In this document: positions 50,173-62,499 of the stretch, one piece after another
Numbering within the stretch: the stretch's first letter is position 1
Layout of the letters: every line of letters begins with the position of its first letter
Assembly: GCF_002571385.2 (NCBI RefSeq)
Contig: NW_019217912.1
Location: forward strand, 505,380-569,379
Reading direction: 5' to 3'
Length of the DNA stretch: 64,000 nt
Source: Stylophora pistillata
Lineage: Eukaryota
Position numbers and translations under genes: made by a program
The notes under the pieces: generated by a model
The model's input: only the letters and a program-made list of their open reading frames with translations
Told to the model about the DNA's origin: nothing
Database searches by the model: none

Positions 50173-52592
50173 TTAAGAAACAGAATCATGCCCTAGCTTT
50201 TTGCAGAGTTTAGGAACTGACGACAAATTATCTGTTATCGTGAACGATCTATCACCCCTCATGAAAAAGCCTCCTCCGAGACGCGACGGTTTTTGCTTGC
50301 CTAAATTTCTCCCCATCTCTTTAATCATGGATATAAGATCCAATCTCTGCCATCTTTTGTTTATGACGTCATCGATCAACACAATAAAATGACCACTCGA
50401 ACAGTCATATCTTACTTGAAAAAGTTCCGGAATCTGCTCGAAGCGATCCCACTTTTCGGATCCAATCACAAATTTCGTTTTGCTTGATATCAGTTTGAGC
50501 TTCTCTGTCAAACAATTCTCGACCATTTCACGGATCTCTGTGCGGAACATATAAAGATCGCTGCTTTCCATCACAACAAAAAAGGTGAACCGATCTGAAA
50601 AAACAAACTGCAACACAAGTTCAGCGAACGCAAGACGAAACAAAACACCTCCATCAATTGAATAAAGTTGCTAAATCGTCCAATATCAACCAAACATAGT
50701 TAGATTGGTCAGGGAAATGGTTAAATACTCAGTTTGCCAACCTTCTCGCTGTACGAAAATGAGCCCCCATACACTAGTAAGATTAGTGGTAGAGGCCTCC
50801 TCACGTGGGGCGCACGGAAATTCGCAATTGTGACCACTCCTTTGAAAAATCCTAGCAACTTCTTGATCTTACTCCTAAGTGCTATTATAATATATCACAA
50901 GTCATTATCAGCCATTCACTTACTACTAAGTGCGATGTATCACAAGTCATTATCAGCCATTATTTCAAGAGTATTTCAACGTTGACTTATACAAAATTAC
51001 AAGAAATCTGTGAGATTGATGTACTGATGTACCGAGAGTATTCACGGTTTTCTACTTCATCACCCGCTTACTCGTTACCAGTCTACGGGCTAAGTATGTT
51101 GGGTCGCAATGAAGGAGGATACTAGCTGTCGGACCCACACCACGCTCAGAGAAAGGCACCAAGGACTCTCGACCTGTCTTTTACTATTATTCTTCAATCT
51201 CTCGGTTCTCTAATACACAAATCTACTTATATCCAATTTTACTTCATTCCGTCTAAATATTTGTTTAATCTCTTAGACTCTCACACCTGGATTGTCACTG
51301 ATTACTTCTCATTGAACAATTCTCTCTGACTTGTACTTCTAAACGCCCACTTCAACTACTGAATTCTGTCTACCAAATAAGCTCAAAAGTATATGTTTAT
51401 ATATTCGCTATCGGAAGGCATGGGTTGGGAGATTAAAAATTTGTCGTTAGAACACTAACACAGACACTTTTACACGATTCTCACAAATTAACAAAATGCA
51501 CTGCTAAGTGCGCTAAAATGCTTCCGATTGACCGAAACAATCTCTGACTGCGTAAGCCAAGACAAGAATATTCGAGTTGGTCCAAAGCAAGGTCAATAGA
51601 CAGACTAAGCACGTCCCGCACTTGGAAGTAAGAAACGACAGCCACAATTTGGAAACTCATCCCGATAGCTTAAAGCCGGCTAACTATCTCGAACTTCGAA
51701 TTCATGTCATTACTAAACGCTACTTATAAACGAATGACTAAATCACTTTTTGACCCGAATAATTACCCACTTTTCAGATCCAAGGCCTCTTTTTCTTACA
51801 TACCTTGATTGTGTATCCAACCATCCATAATTGTTGAAATGGCTTCTATCACATTTTTTCAGTTCATCGTTCACCAGCTTTTCCATTTTCTTTATCTCCT
51901 CTGGTAGGAAGACCTTAATACCTTGAAATCACTGGTGGTCCCTGTAATCTGATTGGCTCTAATTGGTGCGAGTTATTCACGAATCGCACCATCTTTTGCT
52001 CAAAATCTTATCATTTTACGCTTGACTGCTCTCTTCAAACGCCTTCTTCTCCGCCTCCAGATTCTGCATGCGCCGATTCCATTGCTTCTGAACTTGCTTC
52101 CTTTCATCAGTTCGTCGATCTTCGCCAACCCTTTATGTAGACTTTCCAAAGACACTACATCAGTTTTAGTATCGGAGCTTAAATCCTTGAAAAACGATTT
52201 AATGTTATTTAAGCTGGCGTTCTCATTAGCTTTGTCGATGATCAAAAGTGCCACCTGACTATGAAACACCGTAGGACGATCGCTATATTGGCGTAGGTTT
52301 TTAATTTTTTTCAGGGTAAGAGTAGAACGAAGAGAACGCAGTTTCTACTTTTCCAACAACTCTACCAAATCATATAACTGCAATGCGTCAAAGACTTCCT
52401 TTAGCGACTTGACTGGAGTATCCGGGAATAATTCGAAAATGTTCATCCTCGAATCTCTCACATTAGGGCTGAATTGGAGACCAAAAGCTTGGAGGACAAT
52501 TTTTTTTATATCCTGGTAATTTTCGAGAACCATTGTCAATTCGGAGGTGACATCGTAACTGAGGTCTTTGAGGCAAATTTTTTATCTTATAT
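50173..52592 (-). pseudogene. Death-fold-like + caspase-like gene, disrupted (exons 52592-51804, 50594-50173)
   Basis: ICLKDLSYDVTSEL...FPDTPVKSLKEVFDALQLYDLVELLEK*...DRPTVFHSQVALLIID...GWIHNQ|DRFTFFVVM...KTKFVIG...NKRWQRLDLISMIKEM. Phase-1 GT-AG intron; several in-frame stops and frameshifts. Confidence 0.7.
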
Positions 52593-53149
52593 CTAACAAA
52601 GAATAAAACAAAACTTGTTAACATAATTACACAACTGCCACAGTTAAGATATATCAAGAATTAAGTGACGATCTCTGTAAGAGCGGTCCGGGGCGTTTTG
52701 CTTCGGAACAAAGTTTTCCCTCAAACTTTACCAATTAAACTATCTTTGGTAGTAAGTAAATAAAACCGCATTGGTTTTCGGAAACATGTTAAAAAAGAGC
52801 TCTCAACAATCACAGCTGCAAAAAACCCTTTTTTGACCTCTTGCGACATCGAAAGTTTCCAAAGTTGACAAGCTCGCTCCTCGTAACAAACTGCATGCAG
52901 CAAAATATCGTTTGTACCACTAAGCTATGTGATATTCAATGGGGTTTGAAACGCATTTCAATTTTGACATGTGTTTATTTAGAGGTTCACAATAATTTAA
53001 TTACAAACTTTCCTTAGACAGCTTTCTGAAATTGGTCAAAAGTACTCTTCTTTCTCGGTTGATATTTCTCAAGTCCACCCCAGACCATTAAAACCTCTGA
53101 TTGACTTTTTCTAATAAGATGTTCGAAGGCACAGAAATATAAAAACATC

Positions 53150-54330
53150 TTGCACTTATTAATTTCCCTCGCCGTAGTTGGCTCAATTATTGTTGTTTCT
53201 CTGAAATTTTGACTTGATTCTACTATATCTATTTTTAATTGCATCAAGTCAGAAATGGCTTGTATAACAATGTTATCAGCCCACGTACCTTGGTGTGACA
53301 TATTACACAGATATTGATTCCATGAAGAGCCTAATATACTTTCCATGAACCGATAAGGATTATCAGATAAGAATCTCACAGCTGTTGATCTAATTTCAGC
53401 ATGATGGTTTGAATCACCGTATAACTGATACGATATTGATTTAAATAAACAGTCACCTTCACCACCTACATCGAATGGCTGTAATTCATGTCTAAGCATT
53501 CTATATCGTAATACAAAATTTTTGTTGGTAAAGGAAATGGTTTCAAAAGTATTGCCAAACATAGGACCAGGATTTCATTCAACATCACCTGATAATGACA
53601 TTGCGTTTAGCCACAGAATATCTTTCTCCCTTAACTTTAAATGCATCAAAATGTGAAGTATAGAAACTATTTTCTTTGCGAATACACTTCGTTTTCCAAT
53701 GCTTGAAAAATTTTTCAACTTTTTACAAAATAGAAGAAACAGGTACATATTTCAACTCCATTTTCTTGAATTTGGCACGCGACTTTTTCTTTTTTTAAGA
53801 AAATTAATAGAAGTTTTCATCTTGATCTGAGACGGCTCTCTTTCTCTCATCCTGCATTTAGCATGTTTTACACATAGTCGAGAGCGTCTGTTTTTCATTA
53901 CATGGCTTACATTTATTTGATAACTCATTAGAACAAGGCTCAACTTTGATTGTTGCTTTCAAAGAAGTTGGGTCATTGTTCTCTTTTGATGAATTTATGA
54001 CTCCCCGAAGGGATTTTGTTTGGCACTCCCAAGGAAGTTTAGTTATGGCTCCCCGAAGGGACATTTGGCACTCCCGAGGGAGGTTAGTTATAGCTCCCCG
54101 AAGGAACGTTTGGCACTCCCGAGGGAGTTTATAGCACTCGCCACCGAGCGTAGTAGGATCGTCGTGGTACACCTTTTCGCTCTTTATCATAAGATTTACT
54201 ACTTTTGCATGGAAATTCCATCTTCTGTAGAAGTTACTGATCGCTAAACAAGGCATATAACGAGAGGATTCGGCAGGAAACGCTCGTCCACGGCCACTGA
54301 TCGAGGGAAGAATCATCAACATTTTCTTCA
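53150..54330 (-). mobile_element. Decayed OTU-protease-encoding element (Helitron/Helentron-type N-terminal region) with a 2A-like motif
   Basis: DVGGEGDCLFKSISYQLYGD...H.EIR...Y...MS..GTWADNIVIQA is an OTU domain (truncated), preceded by LSGDVE*NPGP. Intronless with stops; no Rep/helicase seen, so the class is inferred. Confidence 0.65.
53996..54135 (-). repeat. Three in-frame 45-48-bp tandem repeats encoding (K/N)LP(R/W)ECQxxLRG(A/V)I
   Basis: CTCCCCGAAGG...TTTGGCACTCCC occurs three times. Confidence 0.9.
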
Positions 54331-54531
54331 GTTTCTTTACCTATAAAGCAAGAAAACTCTTGAAAAAGCCCTTCGTGTTGCTTTTAAGATCGAATTCTTT
54401 GAAAATCCATCGAAAGTTGAGCTTGGCTCAAAAAGGAAAGTAACATAAATTTATCTTAACCATAGAAAACTTACCAACATCGTTGAACAAACGCGCAATA
54501 ATGTGAGCACATGGAGCGATCATAGCAAAAA

Positions 54532-54681
54532 GTTGCCATCTACGTTATGTCTTCTCGGGATACGAAAATTAAACGAACATTGCTCGAAAGTGGTCTCGGG
54601 TTGTTGGTTGCCATCTACGTCATGTCTTCTCGGATACGGAAACCAAACGAACATTGCTCGAAAGTGGTCTTGTGTTGTTGG
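54532..54681 (+). repeat. Two-copy ~75-bp tandem repeat
   Basis: GTTGCCATCTACGT...CGAACATTGCTCGAAAGTGGTCT occurs twice. Confidence 0.85.
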
Positions 54682-55008
54682 CGAAAGAATAAAAGAAAAA
54701 CACGAGTTACTGAGACACACGTGTGCACTTGGACTCTACGAGTACCAGGCACAAAAACTGGGCACAAGTTAGGTGTACCATAGAGCATAAGAACTATGAC
54801 GAGCTCTCCAAAAGTTTCATAAAAGTGTTAACGATACTATTTCACGAATTAATAGAAAATGGAGACAGAGTTGGAATGAAGTGAAGAGTACTTCTGAAAG
54901 CTTGGACATATTTCATTTGGTTGTCCCATACTCTATTTCGATAGAGCAATTCCAATATTTTTGAACCAGTTGAGCTAAGTTTAGGTCAGGCTGAAAGCCA
55001 ATGAGAAC

Positions 55009-55240
55009 CTGGGCCCAGTTTTTCAAAGGCCGATTACCACTAACCCAGGGTTAAAGTTTAATCCCGTTCTCTAGATTCCTTTGTTCATGAGCCATTTGCT
55101 GATAATTTTCTCAATTCTTATTGTAAGATCCAACTACCAAATTGTAGATTTTGAATTTTCTTTTAAGCCCTTCAGATCTGAGATCAGATTTCACACTTGC
55201 CCAGGCTTGTCTTAACCCTACTTTGGACAAACCGGTCCAG
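55009..55240. mobile_element. MITE (PIF/Harbinger-like ends)
   Basis: CTGGGCCCAGTTTTTCAAAG / CTTTGGACAAACCGGTCCAG imperfect TIRs with TAACCC motifs. Confidence 0.6.
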
Positions 55241-56213
55241 AGTAATAACCAGTTAGACACACACAGAGCCAGTCTCGAACAAAAGGAAAAAAGCCTGATG
55301 CCAACTCGGCATGTAACTGGTGAAGTAGGTTGCGCAGATTTATAAACCAATGAAAAAGCTTACACTTAATAAAAATACAAACCCACAACAATTCCAAATT
55401 CTTCTTGTCTCTCAATCGTAAACCGCTTGGTATAACGTAAAACTCATTTCATCCAATCACAGCGTTTAGGGTATCAGGGTCTTTACAAACGGGCTTAATC
55501 CGCCACTGAGTTCAAATATAATGCGGGTTTTATTAAAATATCATAACTCTTGATTACAGGGACATTTAAATGGATTCCCTTCGATCAAGAAACCGGGTCA
55601 AGGGGAACACAATGCTTCTTGAGGTGACGCGTTTTCAGCCGAAGTCACCAGCTGAAGATGTCTAGCATTACATAGACGAAAAGTCGCGATCCACATCGAT
55701 AGAGACTTGACCATGAGACAAACAATAGAAATTTTATTATTACTTCAATCAACGAAGATAAATGACCACAAAATCTACCTAGCACACGTTTAATATTCCA
55801 GGTCACGGAGTAAAATTTTACACATAGCAGTTAAAGAGTAAAAGTAACGGCTTAATTTCGCGATGGGTCGTACTCAGAAAATCACCCATTTTCCGTACTA
55901 AAGCGTACTAAGCAGGACAGCGTTTTAAAAAATATTAATTTTACAACGGAATGTCTGAGAAGCGGCCTCTTTTTTCAGTGCCATTCATTTAAAACTGAGT
56001 AAAATCTAAGTCAGCCTTGATGGTTTACCTCGCTTTCTTCAGTAACATCACTCATTAGTCGGCTCTTCATACATTACGGACCTTATAAGACACGACAAAT
56101 TCTCCTCTGTAAAAGAAATACTGGGACTTTCCTTCTTCTTCCTCGAATGCGCATGTCTCTCCTTTTCAATTGCCTACCTGCTAAAGGCCTCTTTAACTCA
56201 CGCATCATTGATA

Positions 56214-57540
56214 TCAGGTCCATCGTTTGGTAGAAATCTCCAGCACTGAAGTTAGAAAATCATCATCTCCAATATAAACACGCAACTCAACAACCTCTTT
56301 GTGCAGCTTTTTCAGAGGTTGAACCCCAGTGCACCACAGAGGACGGATGACCAATTTCACTTTTGTGGGGAACGCGGTGACCAAAATCCCCATAATATCA
56401 TCACATTGTGACTTCGCTGGGAGAGTACCAATCAGTGAGACCATCGTGGATGAAAAATACAGCAAATAACGAAAATTTATCAGAGGATAAATTTTAAAAC
56501 GATCGCAAAATGTAAGCCTCTTCGTTACAAAATTACAATTAAGAACTAAATTTAACAAATAAAGATTTGGTAACAGACATTTGACTATAAGGTAATGGGA
56601 ATTATGCCTCAGTATTTATCATGACCGCTTGCTCAATAAAAAGCGCCTCGACTCGTTTTTACCAAGGTCAATGGCATAAAATTAAACCGAATCAAGCAAA
56701 GATTTTTTTTTTAATCACGAGCGACATAAATGAGGTAATTACTTTTTCCTTCGCCTGAAGAAGAGGCGTTATTCTTGAATATTTTCTAAATTAAGCGAGC
56801 AGAGGGAAACACAAGGTGAAAACGAGGAGAGCGCGAGGGTAGTGTCTTCCATTTCGTGCTCGTCTTACGCATGACTTCGCTTGCTTGGATACGCTGAAAA
56901 GACTTCTGTTCTGCATGCTGAATGTTTCCTTGTTCCAGGTGATTTAAATCGATCCCAATCTTCTAAGAAAGTTGTCAGCTTTTGGACGAGGATCTCATGG
57001 TGCAAAATGCAACCATAACTCGTCTACGCTGATGGCCCCATCAGTCAAAATTGGTGTTTATGCCCTTATGCGCTATAAATTATCAGTAAATTATGCACCT
57101 ACCATAAAACCCTTTATGAAGACCACGCAGGTCTAGCACTGGCTTAACTTTTAATTTGTTGTCAGTTTCGTGTTATGCAGACATATCACGACGAGCGCGA
57201 TTTTTTTGGTAAATATTCGTTTATATTTTTTTACCAACCTTGATTAAACATCCAACCCTGTATAACTTCTGAAGAAGTCGATCTCATTTGTCCACCTCTT
57301 TCTCTAAGGCCTCCTTCGAATACTGCATTCCCAGCGGAAAAGTGCGCTCCTATCGCATTCCAAAACTTTTCCGCCGCTCATCACAGTTTCCTCGCTCCTC
57401 AATGGTGTTCAGACCTTTAAAAACCTTTTTAATCTCCTCGGTGTCGCTAGTCCCCTTAAAGTCAATAATCAGCACAGCAACCCTGCTGTCAGTGATAACA
57501 TACGGGACGATCACCAAGATTCCTCAATTTCTCTATTTCC
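56214..57540 (-). pseudogene. Second, more decayed paralogue of the caspase-like gene (exons ~57540-57239, 56480-56214)
   Basis: EIEKLRNLGDRPVCYH...RVAVLIIDF...GWMFNQ|GT, then DKFSLFAVFFIHDG...TKVKLVI...LEISTKRW. Same intron position as the first copy; acceptor mutated AG>TG; frameshifts. Confidence 0.65.
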
Positions 57541-57634
57541 TGTTTCGAGCGTTAGCAACGTCAGCTTTTTAACTCTTTACGGTGGCCAATTTACAATTTC
57601 AACATAGCTGATATTACCAAATTACCCTGTTATC

Positions 57635-57679
<45 letters not shown>

Positions 57680-57699
57680 ATTTCCAGCTATTCATAGAC

Positions 57700-58480
57700 A
57701 AAATTATGGCTCCCATCGTCAAAACTTTACCATCATATGTCAAAGCCAGCCAACACGGTCTTAAAATTTTTCGTGACTTTAATTTTCCTTGGTCAAGACA
57801 AAATTCTTTTCACTACAAACATTACATCTCTTTATGCTGTCGTTCCTAATGGCGAAGGTCTCCTGGCCCTCAAACATTTTTTTGATCAACGCACTGTTAA
57901 GAAACCTAAACCTGAAACACTACTTCGCTTAGCTGAACTAGAGCTCACATTCAATTGTTTTTCATTCGGGACAACTTTTCAAACAAACCCATGACGTAGC
58001 CATCACTGGGTTTGTTCCCGGTTGCCCCTGGTTCAACTCCTCGGCTGCCCTCTGTAAATAGCCCACTGGTCTGCCTCCTGCCAGCAGGGATTTTTAAGCA
58101 CTTAGTTAGCTTACATTGTGGCTGAAAAGCCCCTAAGGGGCAGCTTCAATTTACGTATTTATTTATTTATTTATTCATTTTTTTATTTGTAGGTTTTGTC
58201 GAACACCAATTTTTCAGTTAATACAACGGCCCCAAAACTGAAGTCTACGGTCGCTACATCGACGACTGTATCGGCACTACCCTCTCAACCAGAGAGGAGC
58301 TAACTCAATTCATAACCGCAGTCAAGTCCTTTCACCCGCTCTAATATATACCTGGGAAATTTCTGACAATTCTTTATCCTTTTTAGTCATCAAAGTTTCA
58401 ATTGAAGGCAACGGTTTATGCACTAGTGTGTATTCCAAAAATCAGAGTTAATGTGCCAGTTTTTCGAAAAACGTGGTTAC
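57700..58480 (+). mobile_element. Penelope-like RT fragments, interrupted by a SINE-like insert (~58006-58185)
   Basis: ITSLYAVVPNGEGLLALKHFFDQR...LLRLAELELTFNCFSF and YGRYIDDCIG...YTWEISDNSLSFL; frameshifted. The insert has GGTTCAACTCC (B-box-like) and a (TATT)n tail. Confidence 0.8.
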
Positions 58481-58485
58481 CCTGT

Positions 58486-59372
58486 CAGCGGTCTCAAAAA
58501 TAAACGTGATTTACACCGCCAACTCAGGTCTGACAAGTGAGTTGAATTCATTTAAGTTTTCCCATGACTGATAAAACGATTGAATATAATCTAGCAAAAA
58601 AACTTCGACCTCATCTATCAAATACAGCCGCTGAAAGTTTACTCAGTTCTGTGCGACCTAATGTTTTGTTTTATCAATCGGTCAAAGAGAATAGGGAAAG
58701 AAGCAACTAGTAGTCAAGATTTCTGCGTAATGGTTGAATTCAAATGTTAAAATACGAACTGCTCTTACTCATAGTACTTTTAAAAAGTGAAGTCCTTTCC
58801 AGTTGATACATGTAGACTTGACGAAAAAATCAATACATTTGACGACGTGAACTAATTTCTTCAAAGTATCTTTCTTCTGTCGTAATAAACCATAGGTTTT
58901 GATGGTTACTTTGGCAGATCAGAAAATGCTGAAAGTGCAACTTAATAACAATGGACATCCAAGAAAAATTTTCAGTCCACGTTTTGATGTGATTTTCTAA
59001 GCGAAAACACAGAACGCGGACCTCAGCTATCAAGATTGCACAATAAAATGTACCATGTCGCAAAACAAATGGATATAATTACCAAGCTAACGAAATATCT
59101 CGTGAGTTATTTCTTTCCTAAAAGTAATACTTCACACGGTCTTAATAAGTGGCAAACACGCCAAAATTAAACAGTTTAATTCAGTCGTTCATTGTGGCGA
59201 CTTTTGAAGTTATTTTTCTCAAAGTGTTTATTAAATATCTTCAATTCTCCGATTTAAGTTGTAGGATCAAATGTAACGAAAAGAAGATATAAATAAAATT
59301 TTTCAACAAATACGAGCTTTGTATTAGATACACAAACACACAAACTATAAAGTTTAGAGGGACACTGGTGAA
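58486..59372 (+). mobile_element. ~880-bp dispersed repeat, copy 2; truncates the DIRS RT
   Basis: Matches 48556-49440; DIRS RT similarity stops at its right edge. Confidence 0.8.
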
Positions 59373-60640
59373 ATCCGAGTTCGTTTAAGAGTTTACTCAG
59401 TTCTTCGTACGCTTGTTGACACTCGACCTTAGTATCGGCAATATTGAGGAAGTCGTCAAGATAAGCCAAAACCATAAATCCCCGCCGCTCTATCATTCGC
59501 GTGACTGCTTGTGCTAATCTATAAATTATATCGGGGCTTTTTGCGGCCACAAATGGAAGCTTACAGTCGTACAGATATGTGAGAGAATTATCACCACGAA
59601 ACTGCCAGGCTAGTCCTGTCGCAGTGTAGTTGGACGGATGAATGGACACATGTCGATAAGCACTCTTAAGGTCAATTTTTGCCAGGTATGCGTTATACTT
59701 GATGAGTGACACTGCCTTGTTGACCGTCACGCATGAATAGTGGTGTTGTGTGTCAGTGTATGAATTAACATTGCGGTTTTGTGGTCGGCTGCAATCATGG
59801 ATAAGGCGGACCTTGTCGCTGTCCGGTTTTGGTATCGCCCCCAACGCGCTTACTATGGTCGGTTTTTCAGTTGTTATTATGTAGTTTCCGTGCTGTATTT
59901 CATGTCCCGAATATCATGTCCCGTTGCCGATTTGTAACTGGTCATTTCTGCGTGTCATAGTTCAGAGTCAGGCGATATGATACGAAAGCCGTCCGTTAGT
60001 CCTTTCAGCAGATAGTCACGGTCAATATCATTAGTCAAATGTTCTGTCCAGGCGTCAATGTTATTGTTTAACGAAGATGGGTGTAAGCATGGGGTTCGAG
60101 TCATGTGCGTTGATTGGACATCATGGGTGGATGTTCGTGTTGAGGGTGGGGCTGAGAGCAATTTGCCACGAGGCAGACGTGTTGAAAGCGGCATTGAGGT
60201 CAATTGCAGCCCGACAAGGAGTTAAATTGGCAGCAGATTGGCCTGACAAATTGTGGCTGGCGGTCGGAATTGGAGCGCGAGTCGGCATAAGGCATAGCCA
60301 GAGCTTGGTTGGATTGAGTCAGTGCGCGACGTTTGACAAGTGTTGTGGGGGTTTTACCACTCGCTTGGCGAATTGAAAAGAGGTACTGAGACTCTGTAAT
60401 TTTCTTCTTTATTCTCCCATACTGCTGCTTCTACCACAGCTAATTTTCTCTCTCTTTCTCCACTGCTAATTTCTACTACTTTCAGCAAGGAGTGCCCCAG
60501 TATTAAATACAAAAATCACAGACATGTTTGGGTTAGCTGACCGTGGGAATTTCCAAAACAGGATATTCAGTGTGGGTAAAACTCAAGGTCAGTTTTACCA
60601 ACCCAAACATGACCACGTAGCAAACTAGTTATCCTCAACC
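59368..60640 (-). mobile_element. DIRS/Ngaro tyrosine-recombinase retrotransposon remnant (gag zinc finger + RT)
   Basis: GAIPKPDSDKVRLIHDCSRP...AKIDLKSAYRHV.IHP...LPF....SP...AYLDDFL. Upstream ICCQFNSLSGCN*PQCRFQHVCLVANCSQPHP Cys/His motif. Left boundary is sharp; right boundary approximate. Confidence 0.85.
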
Positions 60641-61669
60641 ATAATAAGGAATTAAAATGTCAAGCACGGCGAGAACTGAGCCAAGTTCAAGCACACGCTA
60701 AAAATAAATGATCAAAACTATAGATTCGTCAAAATAGCACGTAGGGGCGAAAAGGCGAGACTTAATAAAACAAAAGGTAAACCTAAAAATACTGGAAATA
60801 TCAATCCTTGAAAACGCTCTACAACACAAGGAACCGCGTATGAAGATGCTGCGAATCGCTGCCCCAGCGAAATCCGTACGGATGTCGCCATACAAACACT
60901 TAATGACGCAATTGAAAAGATCATTCCGTGTTTGACTGTAAACGTAGAGGACTCACTCGAACGCGTTCTGGTCAGACTTTAAAGGCAAAGAAAATATCAA
61001 AATGAGATCACTCAAAACATGAGACCTGATTGGCATTCTGCCGAGTGCCAAAATAATTTTTGCCCTTTGACAATCGCACGCCGTTTTAAAACACTTTGAT
61101 GTATTTTCGACAAGCCGGGAAAAAGAAAATCTTAATTTGTGCGTTTTTTTTTTAAATTCGCTATTTTCCAGCAAGAAAGTGAAGAACTTATGCTTCGAGA
61201 TGAAGCTTAGTTTCAAAGCGCAAAAAATTCTGGATGTCTTCTTTTAGTTAAAAACGGATTAAACTGACAATGACAAAGTTCCGTTTTGTTATTTTTCTCC
61301 TGGAGCAGGTGACTTGTCAGCAATTAGCAGATGAGATGTCACCGGAGAAAAGTATAAGTTTTCTAACCTTTTAAGCCGGGTTTCTTCTCACTCATTTAAA
61401 GTTGTTTTTAAAAGAAATTTCCATTAAGAACATTGGTAAAGCTACCATTAATTTGTGTCTATCGTTGCTTTCAATAACTACGATGCCATAAACTTTTAAA
61501 CTGTAACGCGCTGACAATGGTTCTCAATTTGCAGAATCTCTACCTTCTCTTGCATGGTGATATATTGTTTTTTCGTTGCTAACAGCATCTCCCGACAAAT
61601 TTATCCAATAATGTACGAGAAGTGAATTATGTGAAAAAAAAAACCGAGAAGAGAGTCGTAATAAAGTAT

Positions 61670-61960
61670 AAATTCATTCCTTCCTTTCTTCATTCGTTTG
61701 TTTGTTTTTTGATTTTCTGTTGGTTCGTTTGTTCATTTGTATGTTCTTTCGTTCGTGGGTACTTTTGGTCGCTCTTTCGTTTGTTAATTGGTGGTTACGA
61801 TGTTTTTTTCTTTCGTTCATTGGTTCTTCGTTCTTTCTTTCCTTCATTAGAGCGTTTTAGGACGATCAGGACGATTAGGACGATCAGACTACACCTTCAC
61901 ATTAGAGCGTTTGTTCGTTCGTTTTTTCGTTCTCTTGTTCGTTCATTTATTCATTCGGAA
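61670..61960 (+). repeat. Degenerate (TTCG/TTCA)n tract containing a 42-bp Penelope micro-insertion at 61858-61899
   Basis: GGACGATCAGACTACACCTTCACA is identical to the PLE 3' end at 15624-15647; 13-bp duplication CATTAGAGCGTTT on both sides. Confidence 0.8.
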
Positions 61961-62499
61961 TCATGATATGCAAGACTGCGATCCTTTGAAGTAAAGAGAG
62001 GTTTTCATAACACTAGACCCTGTTAGAGACTTTGGGTCATGAGGTCGTGATATAGCTTTCCACAGAATTTCATTCTTTACAGTCAGCGAAGGTTTAAACT
62101 ACTTATTATAAATTTACATTTTATCACTAAAAACATACTCAAGCATTAGTTTAAACAACGGGTTTCTTTCCTGGAAAAAAAAATTATAGTGTATACACTT
62201 GAAATCACTCCCCGTTTGTTTAATTATTACGTGAGAGATTGGTCATAAGTATTTTCATGAAGTTTTATCACTTTTAAAATGGGAAAGAGACGACGGAAAA
62301 TGTAAGTAATTTGAAGGTCTAGATAGAACTAAATAGCTAAATCAATTGCTGGTCAATAAACAGGAAGTCTTTTACAAAAGATGTGAAAATCAATTGAGGG
62401 TCTCCATGGGGAGAAGACTTTTACGGCCAACAGCTGAAATTTTTGCCATTTTATGGTTAATGCGAAATTTCTTTCCGTTGCGGCTGAAAGAGGCTGCCA

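Noticed and set aside
51020-51800. Possible solo LTR in the intron of the caspase-like relic
   Set aside because: TGTA..TACA ends, but no TSD and the left boundary is ambiguous.
61622-61966. 114-aa Phe/Arg/Ser ORF
   Set aside because: Translation of a degenerate tetranucleotide repeat.
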